DNA of 64,000 nt from an uncultured Chryseobacterium sp. (GTDB taxonomy: Bacteria > Bacteroidota > Bacteroidia > Flavobacteriales_C > GCA-002722245). Under the pieces are notes generated by a model, which was not told where the DNA came from, ran no database searches, and worked only from the letters and a program-made list of their open reading frames with translations. Location of the stretch: positions 5,300-69,299 of the forward strand of contig CAYORT010000011.1 in assembly GCA_964406465.1 (NCBI GenBank), given 5' to 3'. Positions 8,748 to 18,481 of this stretch are shown in pieces. The position numbers were made by a program, and so were the translations under genes. Numbering within the stretch: the stretch's first letter is position 1; the number at the start of each line of letters is the position of its first letter.

Positions 8748-11549
8748 TTAATTAAATCCAACATTAAACAACAACTGAGGATACAAATATGTTGCTCCTT
8801 CATTCTGGAAAGCAGAAACTCTGCAGCCTATATCCATCAAAAAAGAATAACGCAAAAGATTAAGATCAGCGCGCAATTCGGCACCAGCAGACTGTAGAAC
8901 CCTAAAAATATTCTCCTCATCAAGAAGTTGTGCATAATCATAATGAACCCCCATTCTAATTCTTTGCATGTAAAACAGGGCTCCTAAACGAACATCGGGA
9001 TAACAAAGAGGAAAGGTATAATCGGCTTTTGCTGAAGTAATGGTATTGTATCTAATACCAATATATCCTCGGGGCAGATCAACATTGCTTGATGGCAATA
9101 ATCCTGAAACATCTGAATGCTGCCATTCGGCATTTAGCAGTAAAGCGTGATGCTTAACGATACCGGGTGTAGTAACTTTTGCTGCTCCATACATTGAATT
9201 GTTGTAATAAGCACTTGGCATCAATGTTTGATGCACGTAAGCATTAAGATTTAGTGACCATCGTGGTTGCAAATCTCGCTTAGCGCGCTTAGCTGCACTA
9301 TAGTATGTTAAAATATAATCCATCGAATTTAAGTTCGCCTCTACCCCATCGCTTCTAGAAATATTATTTATAGAATATCTTGTACTTAGGCTTAAATACC
9401 GCGAAAAATATCCTCGCGTAAAATTAAAATCTAAAGTAGTTGAAGCTCCAACATACTGCTGCACCAACTGAAAGAACTCATATCCATCATCACCTAGCAC
9501 AGGAACATTATCGGTAACAGAACTCATGGCAAAGAAAGAAAACTTAGGAAACCAAAAAAGGTAATCCAGTTTCACCTGATGCGATTTACTGTACAACTGT
9601 GGATTAAAGCCATAATTATAGCTTAAAACAGTATTGCTTAATTTATTTTGCGACATCAATGATGCACCCAAATTTGCAGTTCGCGATTCGGCGCTTATCG
9701 ACAATGGCGCCCAGCTATGTAAGTTAAACAAATGTGCATGCGTGTAATATTTTTTCGACTCATATTGTGGCCTCTCCTTCTCATCAACAGAAATTTTCTG
9801 TTCATTGCGAAGTGCATCAGAATACATGAGTAATCCCTGACTCACAAAAAATGGTCGGCTACCACTGGTATCCACCTTTATTTCTGCTTCAACGATATTC
9901 AAGCCCTTCGCCGAATAGTCGGCATAAAGCAGCGTTCCCTTTGATGAAATCGACGGATTGAACGCGCCAAACTTAGATACCGTAAATTGATGTATCTCTT
10001 TAGTAGAAAGATCTAACTCAAAAATATTGTCGATTCCACCCTGAGTAGAATGAAAAATTAATTTCTGATTCTTATACACCAAATGCGTCATCACAAAAGG
10101 CACAGAAACCACTATAGGCTCAAGCAAATCAAGTTTATAATCCCATTTAAAAATGTGCTGATAGCCATCTTTTTTTGCTACAAAATACACTTCATTGTTA
10201 TCTCCCCAAACAGGAAAATAAATCATGCTCATTTCGGCAAATTGTTTTGTTAAATACGCTGTATCTGCTTCGATTTTAAAAAATTTTAAAGAAGGGATAT
10301 TTCCTTTATCTACACTCACCGCCACCAACTTATTATCGGCAGAAATATTGGGAGAAAACAATCTTTGCTTGGTAGTAAAACGTGTTCTTTTATTGTTCGC
10401 CACATCAAACAAAACAATATCAGAAAAACTACGATATTCCCATCTAACATCAGGAAACTGCTCCACCCAAACAGCATAATTGGCATTGGCAGAGAAGGAA
10501 GCGCCATCATGTTGTCCCATCTTATGCAACAATTTCTCCTTGCCGTTTTCAAGCATAACAACCTGATCTACATCGGCCATTCCTTTTTTAATGGCAATGA
10601 TTCCCTTTGATGTTTCAAAAGGGAAAGAATAACTGGTAAATGTATTGCGCACAGTATCGTTCAAAATTGAAAACGAAGTGTAATAATCTTTATTTATCTC
10701 CATGGAACGCCCCCACTTTTCATAGTGATATTGCACCATTTCTTCATACATATCAGAAGTTCCTTTACCAGTATATTTTTTCAATGCAGAAGAAAATGGA
10801 AAAGGACGCAAAGGAAATTTTGCTACTCTATTCATCACAGAATCCCAAGTGTTGGTGCCGTATTTCTCTTTCACATATGAGGTCATATGATAGCCAAATG
10901 CATATCTGTTAGGAATAAAAGTTTTGTAAGAACCAAAGGATGACTTATCGTAATTAAATGCCCCTAACTGCAAAAGCATGGCTCGAGATTGCATATTAAA
11001 CTCTGGTAACCTTCCTCTTCCGTATCCTGTAGCAAATGTTTCAAAACCAACGGCATCGCCCTCCATAAACCACAAAGGCGTTGTTGCTCCCAATACCAAT
11101 CCAACTCCTTGCTCCCCAAAAATGTAATATAAAATTTTAGTTAGTCCTTGGTTATATTTCGAAATCTGTACCACATGTCTAAACTCATGAACAGCCAATA
11201 AATTTAACCACTCTAAGCCTTCATCATCTTGAGGTGGCGTAGTAAAAAACTCGGCTCTGCGTGGTGCCAAGGTTACAAATCCGTTGGCCTCCACCATATC
11301 ATTTTGTAAGATGACCGATATTTTTTTGGGCTTTACTTTAAGCGTAACCGTAGCTTTATCGTAGGCCATCGACAAAACATAAGCAGTATATTGGGCCTTG
11401 TTCTCAAATTCTTCTGAATATATGATTTGGAAATGTTCGGTATTAATTTGTCTCCAATGAGTAGCGCTCGAATTTTGGCCTATTAAATAATACTGCGCCT
11501 TGGCCAAAAGCAACGAAAAAACAAAAAACAAAAGCAGCTTAATCCTCAT
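8748..11549 (-). CDS. Large secreted/outer-membrane protein with an N-terminal HExxH metallopeptidase-like domain, a central PD40/TolB-like beta-propeller and a C-terminal Omp85-like beta-barrel
   Basis: Signal peptide MRIKLLLFFVFSLLLAKAQ. HEFRH motif. PD40-like repeats (YFVAKKDGYQHIF..., LLYADYSAKG). C-terminal region with alternating aromatics, a DLPRGY motif resembling Omp85 loop-6 (V/I)RG(F/Y), and the terminus ...LLFNVGFN. Confidence 0.5.
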   Translation of the reverse strand: MRIKLLLFFVFSLLLAKAQYYLIGQNSSATHWRQINTEHFQIIYSEEFENKAQYTAYVLSMAYDKATVTLKVKPKKISVILQNDMVEANGFVTLAPRRAEFFTTPPQDDEGLEWLNLLAVHEFRHVVQISKYNQGLTKILYYIFGEQGVGLVLGATTPLWFMEGDAVGFETFATGYGRGRLPEFNMQSRAMLLQLGAFNYDKSSFGSYKTFIPNRYAFGYHMTSYVKEKYGTNTWDSVMNRVAKFPLRPFPFSSALKKYTGKGTSDMYEEMVQYHYEKWGRSMEINKDYYTSFSILNDTVRNTFTSYSFPFETSKGIIAIKKGMADVDQVVMLENGKEKLLHKMGQHDGASFSANANYAVWVEQFPDVRWEYRSFSDIVLFDVANNKRTRFTTKQRLFSPNISADNKLVAVSVDKGNIPSLKFFKIEADTAYLTKQFAEMSMIYFPVWGDNNEVYFVAKKDGYQHIFKWDYKLDLLEPIVVSVPFVMTHLVYKNQKLIFHSTQGGIDNIFELDLSTKEIHQFTVSKFGAFNPSISSKGTLLYADYSAKGLNIVEAEIKVDTSGSRPFFVSQGLLMYSDALRNEQKISVDEKERPQYESKKYYTHAHLFNLHSWAPLSISAESRTANLGASLMSQNKLSNTVLSYNYGFNPQLYSKSHQVKLDYLFWFPKFSFFAMSSVTDNVPVLGDDGYEFFQLVQQYVGASTTLDFNFTRGYFSRYLSLSTRYSINNISRSDGVEANLNSMDYILTYYSAAKRAKRDLQPRWSLNLNAYVHQTLMPSAYYNNSMYGAAKVTTPGIVKHHALLLNAEWQHSDVSGLLPSSNVDLPRGYIGIRYNTITSAKADYTFPLCYPDVRLGALFYMQRIRMGVHYDYAQLLDEENIFRVLQSAGAELRADLNLLRYSFLMDIGCRVSAFQNEGATYLYPQLLFNVGFN

Positions 11550-11625
11550 AATCGCTAAGATAATTCTTTTTGTGTTTGGCAGTATCCATTTAACTTTTTA
11601 CTTTCCCTTTCGAAAACAAAATGAA

Positions 11626-12405
11626 ATGACACCAACGCTACTTTTTCTTGAATTAAGATGGGCAGATATCGTAGATATTTTGCTGGTGGCTATTCTGTTT
11701 TATCAGTTATACAAGATTGTAAAGGGAACTGTTGCGATTAACATCTTTATCGGACTAATAGCCATTTATTTCTTGTGGCAGTTGTTGGGCTTCTTAGAGA
11801 TGAAGTTGTTGAGTAAAATCATCGGACAATTCATCGAGGCCGGAGCCATTGTTATTGTAATTGTATTTCAACAGGAAATTAGAAAATTCCTGGTTTATCT
11901 AGGAACTAAGAGCTTTTCGGGCAGAACCAATTTCTTCAATAAATTGATGAAAGGTGCCAGTAGCGAAACCAAAGAGATACATCCTGTTATTCAAGCTGCC
12001 TATCATTTAGCCCAAAGTAAAACAGGTGCTTTAATTGTGCTAGCCAACCAAAGCGACCTTAGTTTTTATGAAAGTACAGGTGATAAAATCGATGCAGCCC
12101 TAAGCGCCCGACTGATAGAAAATATATTCTTTAAAAATAGTCCGCTGCACGACGGTGCCGTAATCATCGAAGGCAACAAAATAAAAGCAGCGCGCTGCGT
12201 ATTGCCAGTTACCGAGCAAGAAGATCTGCCAGCACATTATGGCATGCGCCACCGCGCAGCAATTGGCGTTACCGAATCTTCCGATTGTGTAGCTATTTCT
12301 GTATCAGAAGAAACCGGCAAAGTTTCTCTTGCAAAGGGAGGTGCTATTTTTCCAAATCTTACTAGAGAAGAAATGGAGAAATTAATGGAAGAATACTACA
12401 AATAG
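11626..12405 (+). CDS. cdaA: Diadenylate cyclase (c-di-AMP synthase), membrane-anchored CdaA type
   Basis: Three N-terminal TM helices followed by a DAC domain with the DGA and RHRAA motifs (SPLHDGAVIIEG...GMRHRAAIG). The start was moved from the ORF-track 11500 to ATG 11626, because the extension would overlap the divergent gene by 50 bp. Confidence 0.85.
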   Translation: MTPTLLFLELRWADIVDILLVAILFYQLYKIVKGTVAINIFIGLIAIYFLWQLLGFLEMKLLSKIIGQFIEAGAIVIVIVFQQEIRKFLVYLGTKSFSGRTNFFNKLMKGASSETKEIHPVIQAAYHLAQSKTGALIVLANQSDLSFYESTGDKIDAALSARLIENIFFKNSPLHDGAVIIEGNKIKAARCVLPVTEQEDLPAHYGMRHRAAIGVTESSDCVAISVSEETGKVSLAKGGAIFPNLTREEMEKLMEEYYK

Positions 12406-12463
12406 TAAGGTGAATTATCATTCAATTATTTTGTAGCAAATAAAGAACCAACAAAATTTTAAA

Positions 12464-13813
12464 TTACTTTACAATACTCTCAATATCTCCGCTTGCCTTC
12501 AACAAATCTAACTCGGCCAATTTTACTTGCACTAGAGCACGTAGATAATTGTTTTGTGATTCCTTTAACGAAGTTTCTGCATTGATCAATTCGCTTAACG
12601 ACACCAGACCATTTTTGAATTGCTCTTGCGTAGAAACATAAATTTCCTCGGCCAATTTCATGTTTTTTTCTTGAGTTAATACCGAATTCTCATTGGCTTT
12701 TAACCTGTTGAAAGCATTTAAATTTTGAAGGCGAATACTTTCTGCCAAATACAGAGCATCTAAATTTAATTGCTCCTGTTGAATTTTAGCTTGAGAAGCT
12801 TTGGATTGTTTATTAAAGCCATCGAAAATAGGCACACTTAAAGTAACACCAACCATTGTTATATTGTACCATTTAGCGTCGTTACCTGTCCACTGAATTT
12901 GATTACCCATATTTTGCCAATTGTAAACAGCATTGGCGTTTAATGAAGGCATATAACCTGCATAATACTGCTTAATATTGAGCTCATTGAGCTCCTTTTG
13001 TGTTTCAATAATTTTTAAATCTACATTGTTTGCCAAATTATTGTTGTTGACAGAAAGCTGCATTTTGCTGGGCTCTATGAGATTTGAAATAGTAATATTA
13101 GAATCTAATTTCATCCCCATAAAAAATTTGAGCAAACTTGATTGATAGAGCAATGTTTGATTGATGTTATCGAACTCACTTTGCAAGTTTGATACGTTGA
13201 CCTGCAATCTATCGTAATCTGATTTTTTTGCCAATCCGTTCTCGTACTGAAGCTTTGTAAGCTCCATCATTCTCTGCATCTTAATTAGATTACTTTCCAC
13301 AATATTTTTTTGAACTCCTGTTACTTGCAGCGCATAATACGCCGATGAAATATCATACACCAATTGCTCTTTGGCTTTCTCCACACCTAAAACAGCCAAA
13401 TCTTCGGCTACTTTCGAGGCACGTGTAGCAAGAATGAAGGTTTGATTGTAGATCATTTGCGAAGCACTAACTCCAGCAGTTAAATTATATTGAGTTCCAA
13501 ATCGAACCGGTATCATCGTACCAGGCTTACCAACAATTTCTCCAGGTATTAGCTGTGTAGCTAAATTCAAGTTATCATTTAGCACTGCACTACCATTGAT
13601 TTGGGGCAATGCCGACGATAACACCTCTCTCTCCTTTTGCTTGTTCTTATCTACCTCCAAGCTTGATTTTTGTAGCGATAAGTTGTTTTGTATTCCAAAT
13701 TCAACACATTGCTTCAATGACATCTCATTTTGAGCAAAGGCAAAAGAATTTATAAAGAAGGCAAAAACTATAATTTTTGATTTTGATAGCATGATGTGAT
13801 AGATTTTAAGCAA
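12464..13813 (-). CDS. TolC-family outer membrane efflux protein
   Basis: 449 aa with a signal peptide and two repeats of coiled-coil-rich OEP family sequence. The real start is possibly the Met at 13792. Confidence 0.7.
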   Translation of the reverse strand: MLKIYHIMLSKSKIIVFAFFINSFAFAQNEMSLKQCVEFGIQNNLSLQKSSLEVDKNKQKEREVLSSALPQINGSAVLNDNLNLATQLIPGEIVGKPGTMIPVRFGTQYNLTAGVSASQMIYNQTFILATRASKVAEDLAVLGVEKAKEQLVYDISSAYYALQVTGVQKNIVESNLIKMQRMMELTKLQYENGLAKKSDYDRLQVNVSNLQSEFDNINQTLLYQSSLLKFFMGMKLDSNITISNLIEPSKMQLSVNNNNLANNVDLKIIETQKELNELNIKQYYAGYMPSLNANAVYNWQNMGNQIQWTGNDAKWYNITMVGVTLSVPIFDGFNKQSKASQAKIQQEQLNLDALYLAESIRLQNLNAFNRLKANENSVLTQEKNMKLAEEIYVSTQEQFKNGLVSLSELINAETSLKESQNNYLRALVQVKLAELDLLKASGDIESIVK

Positions 13814-13951
13814 AGAAATTGAAAATACGCGAGGTAAAACTACTAAATAGGTCAGATTTAAATCTGCTTTTTAACACTTTTTGCTATTATTCTGGTAGTT
13901 ACTGCGCCTTAATTACCTTTAATTTTTATCTTAGCGCACACAAGAAAAAAA

Positions 13952-14911
13952 ATGGCTTCATATTTAATTACAGGTTGTGCAGGATTTATAGGCTCTCACT
14001 TGAGCGAACGTCTTTTAAAAGAAGGACATCAGGTGGTGGGCATTGATAATTTCGACCCCTTCTACAAAAGGGAAATTAAAGAGAGAAACCTTGTAAATCT
14101 TACGAATAGTACCCATTTTCAATTTATTGAAGGAGATCTTAAAGACAGCAATGTTTTTGATCAAATTGGAATCGATATCGACATCATAGTGCATTTAGCT
14201 GCTAAGGCAGGAGTGCTTCCTTCCTTGAAAGACCCTGTTGCCTACCTCAACGACAATGTGATAGCTACTCAAAACTTGCTCAATTTGTGTAAAGAAAGAC
14301 ACATTAAAAAGTTTGTTTTTGCGTCATCTTCATCTATTTATGGCAACAACAAAAGCATTCCTTTTAACGAGAATGACAATGTTGACCGCCCCATATCACC
14401 TTATGCAGCATCTAAAAAAGCATGCGAATTAATTACGCACACTGCCCATCACTTAGATAAGCTGGATGTGGTGAACCTTCGTTTTTTCACTGTATTTGGT
14501 CCGCGCCAACGTCCCGATTTAGCCATCCATAAATTCATTAAACTAGTTGATGAAGGAAAAGAAATAACCATGTATGGCGACGGCTCTACCTCTAGAGACT
14601 ATACCTTTGTGAATGATACTGTTCAAGGAATCATTGGTGCTTGCAGCTATATTAGCAATCATTCCAATGTTTATGAAATAGTAAACTTAGGAAACAACAC
14701 GCCTGTAAAGCTTAAAGACCTTATTGCAACTATAGAAAAGGTGATGAATAAAAAGGTTAACATCAATCATCAGCCAATGCAGCCCGGAGATGTAGATATC
14801 ACCTTTGCCAACATTGATAAAGCCAAGAAATTATTTGGATATTCGCCATCTACAAGTTTAGAAGAAGGAATATCTAGTTTTGTAAAATGGTATCATGAGC
14901 AAAAAGTTTAG
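13952..14911 (+). CDS. NAD-dependent sugar-nucleotide epimerase/dehydratase (SDR family, UDP-sugar 4-epimerase-like)
   Basis: N-terminal Rossmann GCAGFIGSH, a YxxxK-type active-site region and PYAASK. Confidence 0.8.
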   Translation: MASYLITGCAGFIGSHLSERLLKEGHQVVGIDNFDPFYKREIKERNLVNLTNSTHFQFIEGDLKDSNVFDQIGIDIDIIVHLAAKAGVLPSLKDPVAYLNDNVIATQNLLNLCKERHIKKFVFASSSSIYGNNKSIPFNENDNVDRPISPYAASKKACELITHTAHHLDKLDVVNLRFFTVFGPRQRPDLAIHKFIKLVDEGKEITMYGDGSTSRDYTFVNDTVQGIIGACSYISNHSNVYEIVNLGNNTPVKLKDLIATIEKVMNKKVNINHQPMQPGDVDITFANIDKAKKLFGYSPSTSLEEGISSFVKWYHEQKV

Positions 14912-16091
14912 GGTTTTATATATTTCTTACGATGGATTGACAGATCCTCTGGGGCAATCACAAGTACTAGCCTATCTTTCAAGAATCAACAAAGAAAAAG
15001 GGGTTGAATACGACATCATCACTTTTGACAAGCCAGAAAATTTCGCCAAAAACAGCGCTGGAGTAAATCAAATATTGAAGACCACTTCCATACAATGGCA
15101 TAGCCTTCAATACCACAAATCACCACCAATTTTATCTACAGTGTACGACCTAAGGGAGGGTTGGAAAAAGATAAAAGCACTTTACAAGAAAAACCAATAC
15201 GATGTGGTTCATTGCAGAGGGTATATGTCGGCAATACTCGGACAAAAAGTAAAGAAGAAATACGGTACTAAATTCATCTTTGACATGCGCGGGTGGTGGC
15301 CAGACGAAAAACTGGAAAGTGGATTATGGGACAGAGCTATTTTTAAGCCCGTTTACAATTACTTTAAAAGAAAAGAAAAACAGTTTTTTGAGGAATCTGA
15401 TATCTCTGTATCCTTAACCTATGCCGGGAAAAAGGAGATTGTGGAAAATTTTCATCAGAAAGAAGATAAGATTGGTGTTATTCCTACTTGTGTAGATTTT
15501 GATGTATTCAAAGCTTTCAATCAAGAAACACGTGATGCTATTAGAAAGGACTTAAACATTCCACTGGATGCATATGTAGTAATATACAGCGGTTCGATAG
15601 GTGCTAATTATCCGCCAAAAGACATCATTAAAATGTTTTTGGCTATACCTTCTCAACAAAATAAATACTTATTGGTTTTATCGAAAGATGATAAGAATCT
15701 TATTTTGAACGCAGCCAAAGAGCTCAACACAACTATTGACATTAGGTTTGCATCTGCCGAATACAGTGAAGTACACAAGTATCTTCATGCTAGCGATATT
15801 GGCATTATTCTTTATAAAATGGCCTTCTCTACGATTGGTAGGAGTCCGACCAAACTAGGTGAATACTGGGCATGCGGCATACCGGCCATCTCATTAAAAG
15901 GAATTGGAGATTTAGACTTCATTGCAGAAAAATACAACAATGTTGGATTGGTACTTTTAGACCAAGATTTCACATTGAATAAAGCTATTGCGGTGGAAGA
16001 CAAAGAAGTTCTGCGTAAAAATGCCATTTCTTACTTCGACATCAACAGCGGAGTGAATTTCTATTACGATCTATTTCAAAAGCTTAGGTAA
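14895..16091 (+). CDS. Glycosyltransferase family 4 (GT-B, group 1)
   Basis: 398 aa with C-terminal GT1 features (EYWACGIPAIS). It overlaps the epimerase stop by 17 bp. Confidence 0.7.
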   Translation: MSKKFRVLYISYDGLTDPLGQSQVLAYLSRINKEKGVEYDIITFDKPENFAKNSAGVNQILKTTSIQWHSLQYHKSPPILSTVYDLREGWKKIKALYKKNQYDVVHCRGYMSAILGQKVKKKYGTKFIFDMRGWWPDEKLESGLWDRAIFKPVYNYFKRKEKQFFEESDISVSLTYAGKKEIVENFHQKEDKIGVIPTCVDFDVFKAFNQETRDAIRKDLNIPLDAYVVIYSGSIGANYPPKDIIKMFLAIPSQQNKYLLVLSKDDKNLILNAAKELNTTIDIRFASAEYSEVHKYLHASDIGIILYKMAFSTIGRSPTKLGEYWACGIPAISLKGIGDLDFIAEKYNNVGLVLLDQDFTLNKAIAVEDKEVLRKNAISYFDINSGVNFYYDLFQKLR

Positions 16092-17475
16092 TTATTGTTC
16101 CAACAGGCAGCACTTCCTGATGCTTCTTAGGTAATTTCTTGTAATTACTTAAAATGTACACCATCGATATGTAAAATGGCATTAGCGGAATTTTGTAACG
16201 TACCAAAGCTCCAAAATTTGCACTGGTTAGTCCGATAAAAAAAGCAAAGAAGAGCGAGAAAACAAAAGAGAAAAACAGCAACGGATTGGCTAATAACACC
16301 CCTTGTAAATTGAAGAGTTTAATCCTAAAAATGGCTAAGAAAGTAAACACAATAATGATAGTTGATTCCACAGCAGAAAGCATTACGAATATATTGTGTG
16401 CTTCCCATAAAAACGGACGATACAACGTGGTGGCAATAGCAATTGGAGCTTTTGACAATACCCCTGATAGTGTGGGTTCGAACTCGCCAATATCAAAACG
16501 GTGACCACCATAATAATCTTGCTTCAAATCTGATTGCACCAAAGCAGCTTCATCTAATGCTTTATCAAATGAATACTTACCTGTTTCGCCAGAAAACAAG
16601 CTTAGCAATCCGAAAACAGCACCAATAGAAACAACTAATAACAATGGGAAAAACAAAGCTTTAAAAACCACTGATTTAACCTTTACCATATAATTCGACA
16701 ACAACCAACAACCCATACCAACAATGAAAGCATTCAAAATATAAGGCTTAATTGAAATGATGAAAAATGAAAAAATAATCACATAAATAATTGAAGAAAT
16801 TAGCTTTCTACTCTTCAGAATATTGTGAAAATAGTACATTAAAAAGCCAAATGAACCCAAAGTTACCGGATCTTTCAAAACCCCCGATCCCCAAAACATT
16901 ACCGAAGGGACAAAAATAACAGTGTAAGAAAGGGGTTTTCTAAAAGTGGGATAATATTCAACAAAAAGTTTATAGATTTTCCATGTTCCTATAAAGCAAA
17001 AGGTACCTATCACCAAACCTGAAGCAATAAAAGACCCGCCTGTAAAAATCGCCACAAAACTAATTAACCTAACCATAAAAAAGGCCCTTTCGTCTGTTCT
17101 GTAAATGAAGTATGGAAGGTTATAAGACCTAATTTCATAAAAGTGCTTCCATTGACTAACGTTACCATCTTTATCAGTCAATCCATTGACCAAAAAATCT
17201 AAATAATTGCCTGGGTCTTTCCAAAATAACTCTTCCAAAATTTTTGCATCTCGCATGTATATAATTGTATCCCCTCCCTTGTAATAAAACAAGTAAATAA
17301 ATGAGATGGATAGAGCCGACAATAATTTAACTAACAATCCTCTTGAGAAAAGATTTTCCTCCCAAGCATCGGCATACTTCACATTCTTTTTAACAATGAA
17401 TGTAATTAAGAAGAAATACAATGGAGTCATGTACCAGTCAACAACATCCCCTATTTGCATTCCAAAATACTCCAC
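16084..17475 (-). CDS. Polytopic integral membrane protein, possibly a Wzy/EpsG-like polymerase or GT-C-like
   Basis: 463 aa with at least 10 predicted TM helices. It is convergent with the GT4 gene, and the function is inferred only from context. Confidence 0.35.
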   Translation of the reverse strand: MEYFGMQIGDVVDWYMTPLYFFLITFIVKKNVKYADAWEENLFSRGLLVKLLSALSISFIYLFYYKGGDTIIYMRDAKILEELFWKDPGNYLDFLVNGLTDKDGNVSQWKHFYEIRSYNLPYFIYRTDERAFFMVRLISFVAIFTGGSFIASGLVIGTFCFIGTWKIYKLFVEYYPTFRKPLSYTVIFVPSVMFWGSGVLKDPVTLGSFGFLMYYFHNILKSRKLISSIIYVIIFSFFIISIKPYILNAFIVGMGCWLLSNYMVKVKSVVFKALFFPLLLVVSIGAVFGLLSLFSGETGKYSFDKALDEAALVQSDLKQDYYGGHRFDIGEFEPTLSGVLSKAPIAIATTLYRPFLWEAHNIFVMLSAVESTIIIVFTFLAIFRIKLFNLQGVLLANPLLFFSFVFSLFFAFFIGLTSANFGALVRYKIPLMPFYISMVYILSNYKKLPKKHQEVLPVGTIIT

Positions 17476-17485
17476 TCTCTATACT

Positions 17486-17953
17486 TTAATGATGATACTT
17501 TTCGTTGGCTAAAATAGTAAAAGCGCGGTACAATTGTTCAATAAAAATCAAACGCACCATTTGATGAGTGAAAGTCATTTGCGAAAGTGCTATCACATTT
17601 TTAAAATGAGACCTAACTTCAGAGCTAAAACCATGTGCACCTCCAATGACGAATATAAGCTCCTTTTTACCACTCAAGGTGTGTTTAGCTATAAACTCGG
17701 CGAAACCCTCTGAAGAAAATTCTTTACCCAACTCATCAAGCAATATAACGTTTTGAACTTGAGATCCAAACAATTCAATAAGCACTTTGCCCTCTGCCTC
17801 TTTAATCTCGTTGGGCTCGGTCCTTTTAATCTTAGGCTGTAATGTTATCAATTCTACCCCTCTATACTTTTTCGCACGTGATAAATACTCGTCTATAAAC
17901 GATTGCCACTCCTTTTGCTGAGTTTTACCTATTTCAACTATCTTAATTTTCAT
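17486..17953 (-). CDS. rlmH: 23S rRNA (pseudouridine1915-N3)-methyltransferase RlmH
   Basis: 155 aa SPOUT methyltransferase with the typical length and sequence (IGGAHGFS..., C-terminal ...EKYHH). Confidence 0.88.
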   Translation of the reverse strand: MKIKIVEIGKTQQKEWQSFIDEYLSRAKKYRGVELITLQPKIKRTEPNEIKEAEGKVLIELFGSQVQNVILLDELGKEFSSEGFAEFIAKHTLSGKKELIFVIGGAHGFSSEVRSHFKNVIALSQMTFTHQMVRLIFIEQLYRAFTILANEKYHH

Positions 17954-18100
17954 GATTTCAGTTGTCGAAAATAACCAAAATAACTGTTATCTTTCCACTT
18001 GAAATTACTTAACACCGCGTTGAACATTATTTGGTTCAATATTTGAAGTAGATTATTTAGTGTTCTTAATTTTAAAAGTTTACTTAAATACAATCGACCG

Positions 18101-18481
18101 ATGAAAATATTGATTTCTATACTTTTTGCTGGCGCCATGTTGATCGCTCCTTCTGTTCAAGACAACATCAACGCGGCTCTTAAAAGTGGTAATGCAGCAG
18201 TGCTTCAGCAAAATTTTAATGCCAGTATTGACTTAACGGTTAATGATAAGGAAAGTGTTTACAGTGCAGCTCAGGCCGGACAGATCTTAAAAAGTTTCTT
18301 CGAAAAACATATTCCCACTGCCTTTAAAACCAATCATCAGGGAAATTCACAAGATGGCAGTGTTTACGTAATTGGCAGCTTAACCACTAATGCCGGAAAT
18401 TATCAAGTATACTACTACCTCAAGCCAAGTAACAATACTATGCTCATTCACAAACTAAGAATTGTTGCCCAAAATGAATAA
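18101..18481 (+). CDS. DUF4783 domain protein (secreted), the usual upstream neighbour of nadC in Bacteroidota
   Basis: 126 aa with a signal peptide. The gene order DUF4783-nadC is conserved. Confidence 0.55.
   Translation: MKILISILFAGAMLIAPSVQDNINAALKSGNAAVLQQNFNASIDLTVNDKESVYSAAQAGQILKSFFEKHIPTAFKTNHQGNSQDGSVYVIGSLTTNAGNYQVYYYLKPSNNTMLIHKLRIVAQNE

Noticed and set aside
8748-11549. Reading the HEFRH of the 933-aa protein as proof of an active zinc peptidase
   Set aside because: A 5-residue HExxH occurs by chance fairly often. Without the third ligand and the fold being verified, it is kept only as peptidase-like.
11500-11625. N-terminal 42-codon extension of cdaA given in the ORF track
   Set aside because: It would overlap the divergently transcribed 933-aa gene by 50 bp. 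All three CdaA TM helices begin after the ATG at 11626.
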